This document shows positions 36,614 to 46,622 of a stretch of 64,000 bases of DNA, in pieces. The translations under genes and the position numbers were made by a program. The notes under the pieces were generated by a model that did no database searches, had not been told where the DNA came from, and worked only from the letters and a program-made list of their open reading frames with translations. The first letter of the stretch is position 1. Each line of letters starts with the position of its first letter. This DNA comes from Vicinamibacterales bacterium (GTDB lineage Bacteria; Acidobacteriota; Vicinamibacteria; Vicinamibacterales; UBA2999), in assembly GCA_035537775.1 (NCBI GenBank), contig DATLLQ010000230.1, forward strand, positions 1,845-65,844, in the 5' to 3' direction.

Positions 36614-38524
36614 GTGGCTCGAGGAATGGACGAAACGCAGAAGACGACCGGAACCCGCCGTTCGATGCCGCTGGTGACAGCCGTCATCAGTGCGGGCGTG
36701 TTCATTGTCGGCGTCTCGGCGTGGGAGTTGATCACCCAGCCGCTGTCGTCGGCGTTCGTTGCCCTCCTGCTGCTGACCGTGCTCGCCGGGTGGCTCGCGC
36801 TGCGCGTGCCGTCGATGCCGATCAGCTTTTCAATCTCCGACACATTCAGTACCGCCGCCGCGCTCCTGATTGGCCCCGCGGCAGGCGCGATCACGGCGGC
36901 TGTCGACGGCCTGATGCTGTCATTCCGGATGCAGAGCTCGGCACGCACCGTGGTCCGCATGCTCTTCAATCTCGCGGCACCCGCGGTCGCCGTGTGGCTC
37001 GCGGCCAAGACATTCTTTGCGCTGGCCGGTCCACAGGTTCTGACGAACGGCCCCTTCCGCGTTCCCCGCCTGGTCGCTCTGTTCCTGCTGTTTGGTGCAG
37101 TCAACTTCGGACTCAGCACTGGTCTGGTCGCGGCCGCGGTGGGACTCGAAACACGCAAATCGGCGATTGCGGTCTGGCGCGAGCATTTCGTCGGCCTGTG
37201 GGTGACCTATCTCGGAGGGACGCTGGCCTCGATGCTGATGCTCGTCCTCTCGCACGACTGGCGGGGGGACCCGATGCAGCCGCTCGAGGTTGTCCTGCTG
37301 ATCGTGCCGCTGCCGATCATTCTCTACGTGAACTTCAGGCACGCCATCGGCCGTGCACAGGATCAGATCGAGCATCTCGGCGGCATGAACCGGGTGTATG
37401 TCGCCACGATCGAGGCGCTGGCGCAGACGATCGACGCCAAGGACCAGGTAACGCACGACCACATTCGGCGCGTCCAGGAGAATTCGGTGCGGCTCGCCAC
37501 TGCATTGGGCGTCACCGACGATGGGGAGATCCAGGCGCTGAAAGCCGCGTCCCTGCTGCACGACGTCGGCAAGATCTCCGTCCCCGAACACATCCTCAAC
37601 AAGCCAGGACGGCTGACACCGTCCGAGATGGAGATCATGCGCCGCCACGCGCCCGTCGGGGCCGACATTCTCTCCGTGATCGGGTTTCCATATCCGGTGG
37701 TCCCTATCGTGCGGCACCACCATGAGAACTGGGACGGCACGGGGTACCCGGACGGCCTGGCCGGCGAGGCCATCCCAATCGGCGCACGCATCCTGATGGT
37801 GGTCGACTGTTTCGATGCGCTCACGTCCGACCGCCCGTACCGGCCTCGATTTGAAACCACCGCGGCCCTGCAGGTACTGGTCGACCGCCGCGGGACGATG
37901 TACGACCCGCGGGTTGTTGACATGTTCGTGGACCTCCATGCCGCAGGGCTGAACGAGATGCCTCCGGCGACGCGAGCACCGGTCGCCGATCCGCATACCG
38001 CGCCGGTGACAGAGGCGATCGACGCCCCCCACGACCTTGCGGCCTTTTACACGCTGGGACGCGAGCTTTCGGCGCCAGGGAACGTCAGCGAAATCGGCGC
38101 CGCCATCTGGCGATCACTGCACGTCGAGATTGGCGCCGCGGCATGCGTGCTGTTCGTCTACGACGAGAGGTCCGACTCGCTTGCACCCGTCTTCCGCACC
38201 GGGGCGGAAACAGTCGGTCCGAGTTCGTTCATTCCGCTGGGCGACCGCCTGAGCGGATGGGTGGCCGCGACCCGCACACCAATCATCAACTCCGACGCGC
38301 GACTCGATCTCGATCCGGGCGCCCGCGATCACAGCGCGCTCCAGAGCGCGCTCGCCGTCCCGATTGGAAACGGCGATCAGTGCGGAGGCGTGCTCGCGTT
38401 CTACTCGGATCGGCCGGCGGCGTTTACGCCGTCGCATCAGCGGATGGCGGAAGCGGCGGCGGCGCTCGTCGCCGAACGGATCTGCGCAGCGCGCGCCGAA
38501 CTTGCACCCAGGGCGATGGCTTGA
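36614..38524 (+). CDS. Membrane-anchored HD-GYP phosphodiesterase with a C-terminal GAF-like domain
   Basis: About 7 N-terminal TM helices. HD-GYP core HDHIRRV...LLHDVGKISVPEHILNKPGRLT...HHHENWDGTGYPDGL. The start is uncertain (GTG 36614 or ATG 36626). Confidence 0.85.
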   Translation: MARGMDETQKTTGTRRSMPLVTAVISAGVFIVGVSAWELITQPLSSAFVALLLLTVLAGWLALRVPSMPISFSISDTFSTAAALLIGPAAGAITAAVDGLMLSFRMQSSARTVVRMLFNLAAPAVAVWLAAKTFFALAGPQVLTNGPFRVPRLVALFLLFGAVNFGLSTGLVAAAVGLETRKSAIAVWREHFVGLWVTYLGGTLASMLMLVLSHDWRGDPMQPLEVVLLIVPLPIILYVNFRHAIGRAQDQIEHLGGMNRVYVATIEALAQTIDAKDQVTHDHIRRVQENSVRLATALGVTDDGEIQALKAASLLHDVGKISVPEHILNKPGRLTPSEMEIMRRHAPVGADILSVIGFPYPVVPIVRHHHENWDGTGYPDGLAGEAIPIGARILMVVDCFDALTSDRPYRPRFETTAALQVLVDRRGTMYDPRVVDMFVDLHAAGLNEMPPATRAPVADPHTAPVTEAIDAPHDLAAFYTLGRELSAPGNVSEIGAAIWRSLHVEIGAAACVLFVYDERSDSLAPVFRTGAETVGPSSFIPLGDRLSGWVAATRTPIINSDARLDLDPGARDHSALQSALAVPIGNGDQCGGVLAFYSDRPAAFTPSHQRMAEAAAALVAERICAARAELAPRAMA

Positions 38525-38761
38525 AACGGGCCGCCGTGTCCCGCTTCTGATCAGCAGCTCGTAAGTTCAAGTCCTGCAGTGACTCCGGCCGCCCGCTGGA
38601 GGTGACACACGCGCGTGCTGTCGCGCATCAGCACACACAGCGACCTGTCCACAAAAACCGTGATTTTCTGACTGGAACCGTAAGTCGTTACGGCCGGGAT
38701 AGTTCACGCAACCACGAAGGGAACGCACGAGATGGCGGAGGTCTTGCGCTGAGCCGTCTCG

Positions 38762-40645
38762 ATGAAACGCTTCTCCCGATCTCTGTTCGTCAGCGCGCTT
38801 TGCACCGCCGCCCTGCTGCTCCTTCCACCCGCGGGCGAGCGCACACAGGCGGACAGCCTGCCGCTGCATCTCACGAAACTCGACGGACTGCTGCGAACGG
38901 ACGTCGAGAAGCGAACGACCGGGACCCGCCGGGTGCTGATCCGCGCGAAGTCGTCGGACCTGGCGGCGCTGAGACAGCAACTCGAGTCGCAAGGTTACAA
39001 GGTGATCGGTCAACTCGGGGGCGAAACGCTGACCGCCGTCGTTCCGGCTGCGGGTCTCGAGGGACTGGCAAAGTCAACTCGCGTACTTGGCATGTCCGCC
39101 GACGCAATCGTCCTGCCGCACGGCCAGCTGGGGGGCCTGCTTGGCGGCGTGACCGGCACCATCGACGCCGTGACGACAACGGTGAAGCCGATCCTCCAGA
39201 CAGTCGGCAACCTCCTCGACCCGTCGCTGGATAAGGGCGGAGAGCCGGTTCCACCGGCAGTGCTGCGCGCCACGCTTGGACTGGACAACTCCGGGTCCGG
39301 CAAGGGTGTGGTCGTTGCCGTCATCGACTCGGGACTCGAGATGTCCCCGGAGTTCCAGGGACGAGTGAAGGCCTTCTACGACTTCACGAACGGCAACTCG
39401 TCCCCCGCGTCGCCGTCGGACGAGTACGGCCACGGCACTCATATCGCCGGCACCATCGCCGGATCGGGCGCGCTGTCGAAGAAGAACGAGTATCGGGCCC
39501 TGGCACCGGGTGTCGAGCTCGTCGTCCTGAAAGTGCTGGACAGCAGCGGCGCCGGATACACGAGCGATGTTGTCCGCGCGATCGATTTCGCCGTCGCCAA
39601 CCGCAGCAAGTTCGGCATCGACATCATCAACCTGTCGCTCGGGCACCCCATCTACGAACCCGCGTCGACGGATCCACTTGTTCAGGCCGTCGAGCGCGCG
39701 GCGGGCGCCGGCATCGCTGTGCTCGCTGCCGCAGGCAACCTTGGTGTCAACCCAACCACCGGTCTACCGGGTTATGCGGGCATCACATCGCCAGGGAACG
39801 CACCATCGGCAATCACGGTCGGCGCGGTGATGACCAGCGATACGGTCACCCGGACTGACGATCGCATCCCCGATTACAGCTCCGCGGGTCCGACGTGGTA
39901 CGACGCACTGGTCAAGCCAGACCTGCTCGCACCGGGACACCGCATCATTGCCGTCGGCGCCAGAGAGAGCTTCATCTACAAGAACTATCCGGAGCTGCGC
40001 GCCGCGGATCCCGATTACATCCGGCTGAGCGGCACGAGCATGGCCACGGCCGTCGGATCAGCGGTGGTCGCGTTGATGATCGAAGGGCATCGGGCGACGC
40101 ATCCGAGCACTCCCCCGCCCACGCCCAATCTGATCAAGGCCATGCTGCAGTACTCGGCGTTTGCCGTCCGCAACGGCTACGGCCTGGAGTACGACACGCT
40201 GCGTGAAGGCGCCGGTGGGCTGAACGGCGCAGGGGCCATCACGCTGGCCCGGAATGTCGATACGACCGTCGCGCGCGGAGCGAATTGGCTGCAGCCGCAA
40301 CCGCTCCCCTGGACAGCGATCGGCGGCGAAAATGTCTCGTGGAGCCAGGCGGTGATCTGGGGCAGCGCCGTCATCTGGGGCAGCACGGTTCCACTCAACC
40401 AGGCGGCCTGGAGCAGCGCCGTCATCTGGGGCTCAACGACGCCCTGGTCGAACAGTTACGCCGTCATCTGGGGCAGCAACATCGTCTGGACGGATCCGCA
40501 GTCCTGGAGCAACGCGGTGATTTGGGGCAGCTCGTCAATCGGCACGACGAGCGGCAACGCGGTGATCTGGGGCAGCACCGGCGGAATGACCGCGCAGAAC
40601 GCCGCCTGGCAGGATCTCGAAGAGACAGGCCTGGGCGCGCAGTAA
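38762..40645 (+). CDS. Secreted subtilisin-like serine protease (S8) with a C-terminal AVIWGS repeat region
   Basis: Signal peptide MKRFSRSLFVSALCTAALLLL. Catalytic triad contexts VAVIDSG, HGTHIAGT and SGTSMATA. Confidence 0.9.
   Translation: MKRFSRSLFVSALCTAALLLLPPAGERTQADSLPLHLTKLDGLLRTDVEKRTTGTRRVLIRAKSSDLAALRQQLESQGYKVIGQLGGETLTAVVPAAGLEGLAKSTRVLGMSADAIVLPHGQLGGLLGGVTGTIDAVTTTVKPILQTVGNLLDPSLDKGGEPVPPAVLRATLGLDNSGSGKGVVVAVIDSGLEMSPEFQGRVKAFYDFTNGNSSPASPSDEYGHGTHIAGTIAGSGALSKKNEYRALAPGVELVVLKVLDSSGAGYTSDVVRAIDFAVANRSKFGIDIINLSLGHPIYEPASTDPLVQAVERAAGAGIAVLAAAGNLGVNPTTGLPGYAGITSPGNAPSAITVGAVMTSDTVTRTDDRIPDYSSAGPTWYDALVKPDLLAPGHRIIAVGARESFIYKNYPELRAADPDYIRLSGTSMATAVGSAVVALMIEGHRATHPSTPPPTPNLIKAMLQYSAFAVRNGYGLEYDTLREGAGGLNGAGAITLARNVDTTVARGANWLQPQPLPWTAIGGENVSWSQAVIWGSAVIWGSTVPLNQAAWSSAVIWGSTTPWSNSYAVIWGSNIVWTDPQSWSNAVIWGSSSIGTTSGNAVIWGSTGGMTAQNAAWQDLEETGLGAQ
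40349..40576 (+). repeat. Six exact AVIWGS hexapeptide repeats (coding) with variable spacers
   Basis: gcggtgatctggggcagc and synonymous variants (gccgtcatc..., gcggtgatt...) occur six times. The spacers are 0, 11, 8, 12 and 9 codons. Confidence 0.9.
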
Positions 40646-40655
40646 CAGCGAGGCT

Positions 40656-43277
40656 CTAGTTCGATGCCCGGCCTGCGCCGCGCCCGGCAAACCAGTTCAG
40701 CACCACGTTCAGGCGGCCGGCGCCAGGCTCGGGCTTCACCATCACGAAGCGCCCGTCGCGGGCGACGTCGTAATTCGCGATCGTGACGCCGGCGCCGTAC
40801 GCGTAGCGCACGTCGAACAACGCTTTCGGCGGCGACAGCTTCAACGCTGGTGTCGTCGTCACTTCGACCGCCATCATCTTGTCGTCGATGCGATAGAAGA
40901 TCTCCTTGCCGTTCGGATTCCAGACCGGCTGCGTGCCTCCCTGCGTGGACACCTGCAGACGTTCGCCCAGTTGCGGGAACGTGGTCAGGTAGATCTCGAA
41001 GCGGCCCGATTCATCGGAGACGTAGACGAGCCAGCGACCGTCCGGCGACAGTCGCACGCCGCTCGTGTACGACGGTGTCTCGAGGAGCGAACGAACCTGC
41101 GACGGTTCCCGCAGCGACAGCGCCAGGATATTGAAAGACGTCGCTTCGGAGCTGCGAAGAAACAACAGCGTGTCCCCGTCCGGCGCGAGCACCCCCGGAT
41201 AATCGAGCTGCGTCGTCTGAGGAATGACCCGGGCGTCATCGCCGGGGCCGTTGGTCCCCTGCACACGCAATCCTGCCTGGCTTCGGTAGGACACCTGCGT
41301 GTTGGAGAGCCACATGGGGAATCCGTTCGTCTGGATTTCCCCGTTGGTCAGGCGACTGAACGTGCCGCGCGCCAGGTCCTGCATCCACAGATCGCCTGCC
41401 TGCACGACAAGCCGCTGGCCATCGGGGGAAAGCCTCGGATTCGTGTAGCTCCGCAGGTCGTTGTTGAGCCCTTCTTCTTCGCCCGTTCGCGAGACCCAGA
41501 CGAGGCGGCTAACGGCCGTTGTCGGGGAGTAGACAACGTGCCCCGACAACGAGATGTCGATGAGCGGAACGCCGGATGACAGCATCGGCAGGTTGTCGAT
41601 CAGTGCCACGGCCGGTCCCGTCACGGCGACAGAAGACTCGTCAAACGGGACCGCGAGCACCTGCCCGTTCCGGAGGAACGCCAGCCGGCCGTTCGTATAG
41701 AGCGGCAGCAGGCCGTTCTCGAGGACGGTGCGTCGCGCGCCGCTGACGAGATCCACGGAATCGATGCGCCACCGATCGCCCGACGACACGGAAAAAAGAA
41801 CAGTGCGCCCGCCGGGAAGCGCGATTGGCCATGAATGCCGAGCCTCCTTGCGTGCCGCGTCGAGTGATGTCACCGCTCGAGCCTCTCCTCCACCTCGTGA
41901 CACGCGCCACAGAGCGCCGTCACGCACAAAGAGGAGGCTGTCGTCGGCGAGCCATGCGGCTCCGTCCTGGAATCGGACGGCGCTGGCGACGGTGGTGACG
42001 ACTCCATCAGCCAGGGACACGGTCTTCAGGATGCCTGTGGACGTCGCGAAGCCGATCGACTTGCCGTCGGGCGAGAAGAAGCACATCGTAGCCGTGTCGG
42101 TTCCACGGAGCGGGAAAACCTCGAACTGGTCTAGGCGGCGCACATAGACCTGACGCGCACCGCTCTGGACGCCGATGAACGCGAACTGGCTGCCATCGGG
42201 TGAGACGGCGACGGTCCGGTACGACGAGAACAGCTCGAGATCGGCGGGAAGGTTCATCTCGAGGCGCGTCACCGTGGCCGGAGCAGCCGCGTCGGCGCCT
42301 GGACGAGTGAACGCGAACGCGGCCAGGAGCAGGGCGATCGTTGCGACGGCCCACGGGAGCACCCGCTGCAACCGCGAGCGTGGCGCTGAGCGACCGGCCG
42401 GCGCGCCCGCTTCGCCAGCCATCGCGTCGTCGAGTTCCAGCCGCGCGTCACCGATGTGACTCAGGCGCCTGTTGACGTCTTTCTGAATGCAGCGTCGCAG
42501 CAGCCGGCGAACCGAGGCTGGTGTCGAGTCGGGGAGCGAGTTCCAGTCAGGCTCGCGCGTGAGAATCGCCGCGATCGAATCTGACACTGTTTCGCCGGAT
42601 CCGAATGGAGACCCGCCGGTCAGCATCTCGAACAGCACGCAGCCGAACGCCCAGATGTCTGCGCGCTGGTCGACCGCTTTTCCGCGGGCCTGCTCGGGGC
42701 TCATGTACGCGGCGGTGCCGAGAATGATTCCCGCCTGCGTCGCCGGCGACACCATCGTCGGCGAAATTGAGGCGGAGGCAGTGGCCACCGTCGCCGACTC
42801 CATCGCCTTGGCAAGGCCGAAGTCGAGCACCTTCACCTGGCCGCCCGGCGTCAGCTTGATGTTCGCCGGCTTCAGATCGCGGTGGACGATGCCCTTCTGA
42901 TGCGCCGCTTCGAGTGCGTCCGCCACCTGACGTGCAAGGCCGACCGCCTCGTCCACGGGTATCGGGCCCTGCCCGATCCGATCCCCGAGCGTCGGTCCCT
43001 CGACGAGCTCGAGGACGATGCCGCTGATCGAGGCGGCTTCCTCGAACCCGTAGACGCTGGCGATGTTCGGATGATTCAGGGTCGCGAGCAGTTCCGCTTC
43101 GCGCTCAAAACGAGTGAGGCGATCGGGATCGCGCGCGAAGGCGTCTGGCAGGACCTTGATGGCGACATCGCGCTTGAGGCGCGAATCCCGCCCGCGATAG
43201 ACCTCCCCCATGCCACCCTGGCCAAGTTTTGCGAGGATTTCGTAGGTGCCAAGCCGGGTGCCCGGGGAAAGCGGCAT
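40656..43277 (-). CDS. Hanks-type Ser/Thr protein kinase with a TM helix and a TolB/PD40-like beta-propeller C-terminus
   Basis: GQGGMGEVY...VAIK, HRDLKPANI, DFGLAK and GTAAYMSPE, then a TM helix (VLPWAVATIALLLAAFAF). Repeated ...SPDG..(L/F)(A/V)F... units are typical of PD40 propellers. Confidence 0.9.
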   Translation of the reverse strand: MPLSPGTRLGTYEILAKLGQGGMGEVYRGRDSRLKRDVAIKVLPDAFARDPDRLTRFEREAELLATLNHPNIASVYGFEEAASISGIVLELVEGPTLGDRIGQGPIPVDEAVGLARQVADALEAAHQKGIVHRDLKPANIKLTPGGQVKVLDFGLAKAMESATVATASASISPTMVSPATQAGIILGTAAYMSPEQARGKAVDQRADIWAFGCVLFEMLTGGSPFGSGETVSDSIAAILTREPDWNSLPDSTPASVRRLLRRCIQKDVNRRLSHIGDARLELDDAMAGEAGAPAGRSAPRSRLQRVLPWAVATIALLLAAFAFTRPGADAAAPATVTRLEMNLPADLELFSSYRTVAVSPDGSQFAFIGVQSGARQVYVRRLDQFEVFPLRGTDTATMCFFSPDGKSIGFATSTGILKTVSLADGVVTTVASAVRFQDGAAWLADDSLLFVRDGALWRVSRGGGEARAVTSLDAARKEARHSWPIALPGGRTVLFSVSSGDRWRIDSVDLVSGARRTVLENGLLPLYTNGRLAFLRNGQVLAVPFDESSVAVTGPAVALIDNLPMLSSGVPLIDISLSGHVVYSPTTAVSRLVWVSRTGEEEGLNNDLRSYTNPRLSPDGQRLVVQAGDLWMQDLARGTFSRLTNGEIQTNGFPMWLSNTQVSYRSQAGLRVQGTNGPGDDARVIPQTTQLDYPGVLAPDGDTLLFLRSSEATSFNILALSLREPSQVRSLLETPSYTSGVRLSPDGRWLVYVSDESGRFEIYLTTFPQLGERLQVSTQGGTQPVWNPNGKEIFYRIDDKMMAVEVTTTPALKLSPPKALFDVRYAYGAGVTIANYDVARDGRFVMVKPEPGAGRLNVVLNWFAGRGAGRASN

Positions 43278-43293
43278 TGATGAGCTTGGCGGA

Positions 43294-45345
43294 TTATAGG
43301 TCCTCGTCCAGATTCACGCTCCAGTCGTCCCGCTTGTCGGTGAGATTCGGGCTGTAGAACGGATCCACCTGTGCCACCTGCGAGCCCCAGCGCTGGAGAA
43401 ACCGCTCCTCGTCCGGCGGCGGATGAAGCCGCCCGCGGCTTGCACCTTCGTAGTGATAGAGCAGCGAGTGGGGCGTGTAGACCACCTGATAACCACGCTC
43501 GCGGATGCGGAGGCAAAGGTCGATGTCGTTGAGGACCACACGAAGGTTCTCGTCGAACCCGCCGATCTCGTCGAACACGCGGCGCGGAACCATCAGGCAC
43601 GCACCGGTCAAGGCGCTGCAGCTGCGCGGGAGGTCGGCCAGACGCGGTACTCCGGGCACGTCCTTTGGCGCACACCGGAACGCATGCTGCGCCAGCCCGC
43701 CGAGATTGAGGACAACGCCCGCATGCTGAATCGTTCCGTCCGAGTACAGCAGCTTGGCCCCCACTGCTCCGACGTCGTCGAACTGCGCGTACTCGAGGAG
43801 AGCCGTCAGCCAGTCGGGATTGATGACCTCGATGTCGTTGTTGAGGAACAGCAGCTGCTCGCCTCGGGACGCGCGGACGCCGACGTTATTGATCGCGGAG
43901 TAGTTGAACGGGTGCGCCCAGCGAAGTACCTGACAGGGTGGCCGAAGCGAGGCGAGATAGGCCAGCGTCCCGGGATCGCGGCTGTCGTTGTCCACCACGA
44001 TGATTTCGTACGCGTCGTAGCTGGTCCGACTCAGAATGCTCTCGATGGTCGTCCGCAGGAGCGCGACCTGATCGCGCGTCGGGATGATGATGGAGACGAG
44101 CGGACGCCGTGAGAGCCGGAACCTCGTGCTGTAGCAGCGCGGCCCGCGACTCGTAAACAGCGTCTCCACGCATCCCGGGCGCTGCCGCCGCACGAGCGCG
44201 TCCTCGATGGCCCTCCGCTCGTCGCGGCCAGCCTCGTGACGCGCGACGATCGCATCCCGCGTCGCTTCCCGCGGCGCGAGATGGCAGAGCACCTGTGCCA
44301 CACGTGCAACGTGCGTGGTCCGCTCGCTTGCACGAAGCAGCAGGTCGTACACCTGTCCAGCGCCGAACTCCGGCCGGAGCCCTCCTGCCCTGTCGATCAG
44401 CTCACGGCGCACCGCGGTAAACGGTCCCAGGATGTTCGTCGAGAGCAGGAGCACCGGGTCCCACTGCGGCTTGAAGAGTGGATCGGTGCGGCGGCCGTCC
44501 GCGTCGATCGAATCCTGATCCGAGTAGACGATCTCGGTGGCGGGATCCTCATTGAGGCGCTTGACGACCTCGAAGAGCGCCTCCGGCGCCAGTGCATCGC
44601 CCGCGTTGACGAACGCGACGACGCTGCCCTGTGCCCCGCCAAAGGCGTCCGCTTGAGCGGGGGCATTCGGCGTCGAGACGATGTGCACCCGGCGATCGCG
44701 CGCAAACTCTCCCAATGCGTGCGTCGTGTCCGCCAATGCCGTGGACGGGAAGGCCAGCAACAGTTCCCATCGCTGGTAGACCTGCGACTGCAGGGAGTCC
44801 AGTGTGCGACGGAGCGGCTGGACGTCCTGACGATCGAAGGTCATCACCACACTGACGAGAGGCGCGTCGCGGAACGTCTCCGCCGCTGCACGCATACCCG
44901 CCAGGGCCTCGGCCGTCGGCGTGTGGCGCTTCATCCATTTCCCATAAGCGTCGGGATCGGGCAGGGAATGGTCTTCGACGAGCAGCGAGCGGCCGCGGGT
45001 GGCGTGGCCGATTTTGCGGGCGCCGAACTTGAAGATGGAGAGGAACCCGTGATCGACCCAGATCTCGAATGCGCGCCGAAGCACACGGAACGGCTCGCGC
45101 AGCACGGGATTCCGCAACAGGCGGTCGCTTGTTTTCCCGAATCGAAGATGAGCCCGCCAGCCCAGCGTCGCGTGCGTGCGCTGCAATTCGGCGTTCACCT
45201 CGGCCAGCGCATGCTCCTGCGCGGCGGTGAGCTGGACGTAGTGGCCGATCTCGGCCATCAGATCCTGTTCCGCCGCAGGGGTTCCCTCGCCAGGCCCCGG
45301 CGCCGGCAACGACTGATCGGGCGGTATGCCGGGGCTGCTGCTCAC
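43294..45345 (-). CDS. Two-domain family-2 glycosyltransferase
   Basis: Two GT-A/GT2 modules: PLVSVVMTFDRQD... and PLVSIIIPTRDQVALLRTTIESIL...YEIIVVDNDS, plus a DxD-like NNDIEV. The start overlaps the wzt stop by 4 nt. Confidence 0.85.
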   Translation of the reverse strand: MSSSPGIPPDQSLPAPGPGEGTPAAEQDLMAEIGHYVQLTAAQEHALAEVNAELQRTHATLGWRAHLRFGKTSDRLLRNPVLREPFRVLRRAFEIWVDHGFLSIFKFGARKIGHATRGRSLLVEDHSLPDPDAYGKWMKRHTPTAEALAGMRAAAETFRDAPLVSVVMTFDRQDVQPLRRTLDSLQSQVYQRWELLLAFPSTALADTTHALGEFARDRRVHIVSTPNAPAQADAFGGAQGSVVAFVNAGDALAPEALFEVVKRLNEDPATEIVYSDQDSIDADGRRTDPLFKPQWDPVLLLSTNILGPFTAVRRELIDRAGGLRPEFGAGQVYDLLLRASERTTHVARVAQVLCHLAPREATRDAIVARHEAGRDERRAIEDALVRRQRPGCVETLFTSRGPRCYSTRFRLSRRPLVSIIIPTRDQVALLRTTIESILSRTSYDAYEIIVVDNDSRDPGTLAYLASLRPPCQVLRWAHPFNYSAINNVGVRASRGEQLLFLNNDIEVINPDWLTALLEYAQFDDVGAVGAKLLYSDGTIQHAGVVLNLGGLAQHAFRCAPKDVPGVPRLADLPRSCSALTGACLMVPRRVFDEIGGFDENLRVVLNDIDLCLRIRERGYQVVYTPHSLLYHYEGASRGRLHPPPDEERFLQRWGSQVAQVDPFYSPNLTDKRDDWSVNLDEDL

Positions 45346-46622
45346 GAGGCGCGCACCGAAATCTCCACGGGCACCCAGACCTGCCCGTGAATGGCCTTGC
45401 CCGATGGCGGTGGCAGCACCGTCACGACCAAGGCGTTGTCCACCCAGTCGTAGTACGCCCTCGTGTAGCGGTCCGGAGCGATCGCACTGCTGACGCTGTA
45501 CGTGCCCGGCGTCAGCGGCAGGCGAAGACGGAAGTCGACCGTGAGAGCGGAGTTGGGCTCGCGGGCGGGCAGCGTCACACCCTCCTCGAACGTATTGGTG
45601 CCGATCAGTTCGGCGCCGGTGCGATCGCGGAGGCTGAAGCCAATGATGCTCGCCGGCGCGGCCGTCCGGTATTCGGCGTGGACCCTGAGCACAGCCTCCT
45701 CGTTGAAGCCCACAGCAGTCGTCGGGCGTCCGCCGGCATCGAGCAGTTCGACGCGCCGAATCATCGCATCCCCTGTTCCATGCCTGAAGAGTTGCGTCTG
45801 CGGCTCGAGGCTGCCGCCGGGAATCTCCTGAGCACCGGACGCACTCCCGATGGTGACCGAGGCTCCGGCCGCCTGCACTCTTGCAATCTCGGCGGAGGCG
45901 CGCGCGAAGTAGAGACTTGCGATCTCCGCCGGATCGCCCTGCGCCACCAGGCGGCCTTGATCGAGCAGCACGACGCGTGAGCTGACGGCCTTGATCATCC
46001 CGGCGTCATGGCTGACGAAGATCACCGTCGTACCGGCGGCCTGCATCTCGCGGATGCGCCGCACGCATTGATGCTGAAACACCGCGTCGCCGACCGCGAG
46101 CGCTTCGTCCACCAGCAGGATGTCGGGCTCGACGTGAATCGCCGCGGCAAACGCCAGGCGCACGAACATGCCGCTCGAATACGTCTTGACCGGCTGCTCG
46201 ACGAAGTCGCCGATTCCGGCAAATCGCTCGATGTCGGGAAGACGACGGCGGATCTCGGCCAGCGAGAGCCCGATGATCGTCCCGAACATCTCGACGTTCT
46301 GCCGCCCTGTCAGCTCGGGATGAAACCCTGCGCCAAGTTCGAGCAGCGACGAGACCCGCCCGTGCACTTCCAGGCGTCCACCGGCCGGCCTGATGATTCC
46401 GGCGAGCAGCTGCAGCAGCGTGCTCTTCCCGGAGCCGTTCACTCCGACGACGCCGATCGTCTCTCCCCGTTCGACCGTGAGCGTGATGCCGCGCAGCGCC
46501 CAGAAGTCGGTATGCAGACGCCGTACGCCTGGCACCAGCATCTCGACGGCGCGATGGCGAGGGTTCTTGTAGATCTTGTAGCGCTTGGTGACGTCGTCCA
46601 GCTCGATGACGGGATGCCCCAT
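45342..46622 (-). CDS. wzt: Polysaccharide ABC exporter ATPase with a C-terminal glycan-binding-like domain (Wzt/TagH type)
   Basis: Walker A GVNGSGKST, signature YSSGM, Walker B ILLVDEA. A beta-rich C-terminal extension of about 170 aa follows. Confidence 0.88.
   Translation of the reverse strand: MGHPVIELDDVTKRYKIYKNPRHRAVEMLVPGVRRLHTDFWALRGITLTVERGETIGVVGVNGSGKSTLLQLLAGIIRPAGGRLEVHGRVSSLLELGAGFHPELTGRQNVEMFGTIIGLSLAEIRRRLPDIERFAGIGDFVEQPVKTYSSGMFVRLAFAAAIHVEPDILLVDEALAVGDAVFQHQCVRRIREMQAAGTTVIFVSHDAGMIKAVSSRVVLLDQGRLVAQGDPAEIASLYFARASAEIARVQAAGASVTIGSASGAQEIPGGSLEPQTQLFRHGTGDAMIRRVELLDAGGRPTTAVGFNEEAVLRVHAEYRTAAPASIIGFSLRDRTGAELIGTNTFEEGVTLPAREPNSALTVDFRLRLPLTPGTYSVSSAIAPDRYTRAYYDWVDNALVVTVLPPPSGKAIHGQVWVPVEISVRAS

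Noticed and set aside
36920-38032. 370-aa minus-strand ORF and the 412-aa plus-strand ORF at 36487..37725
   Set aside because: Both overlap the HD-GYP gene, whose frame carries the diagnostic HD…HHHENWDGTGYP motifs. The alternatives are Arg/Gly/Pro-rich.
40349-40576. Short periodic DNA repeats considered as a possible CRISPR-like array
   Set aside because: The 18-nt units lie in frame inside the S8 protease gene and encode an identical hexapeptide with synonymous differences. Their spacers are 0-36 nt, and no cas genes are present. I report them as a protein repeat instead.
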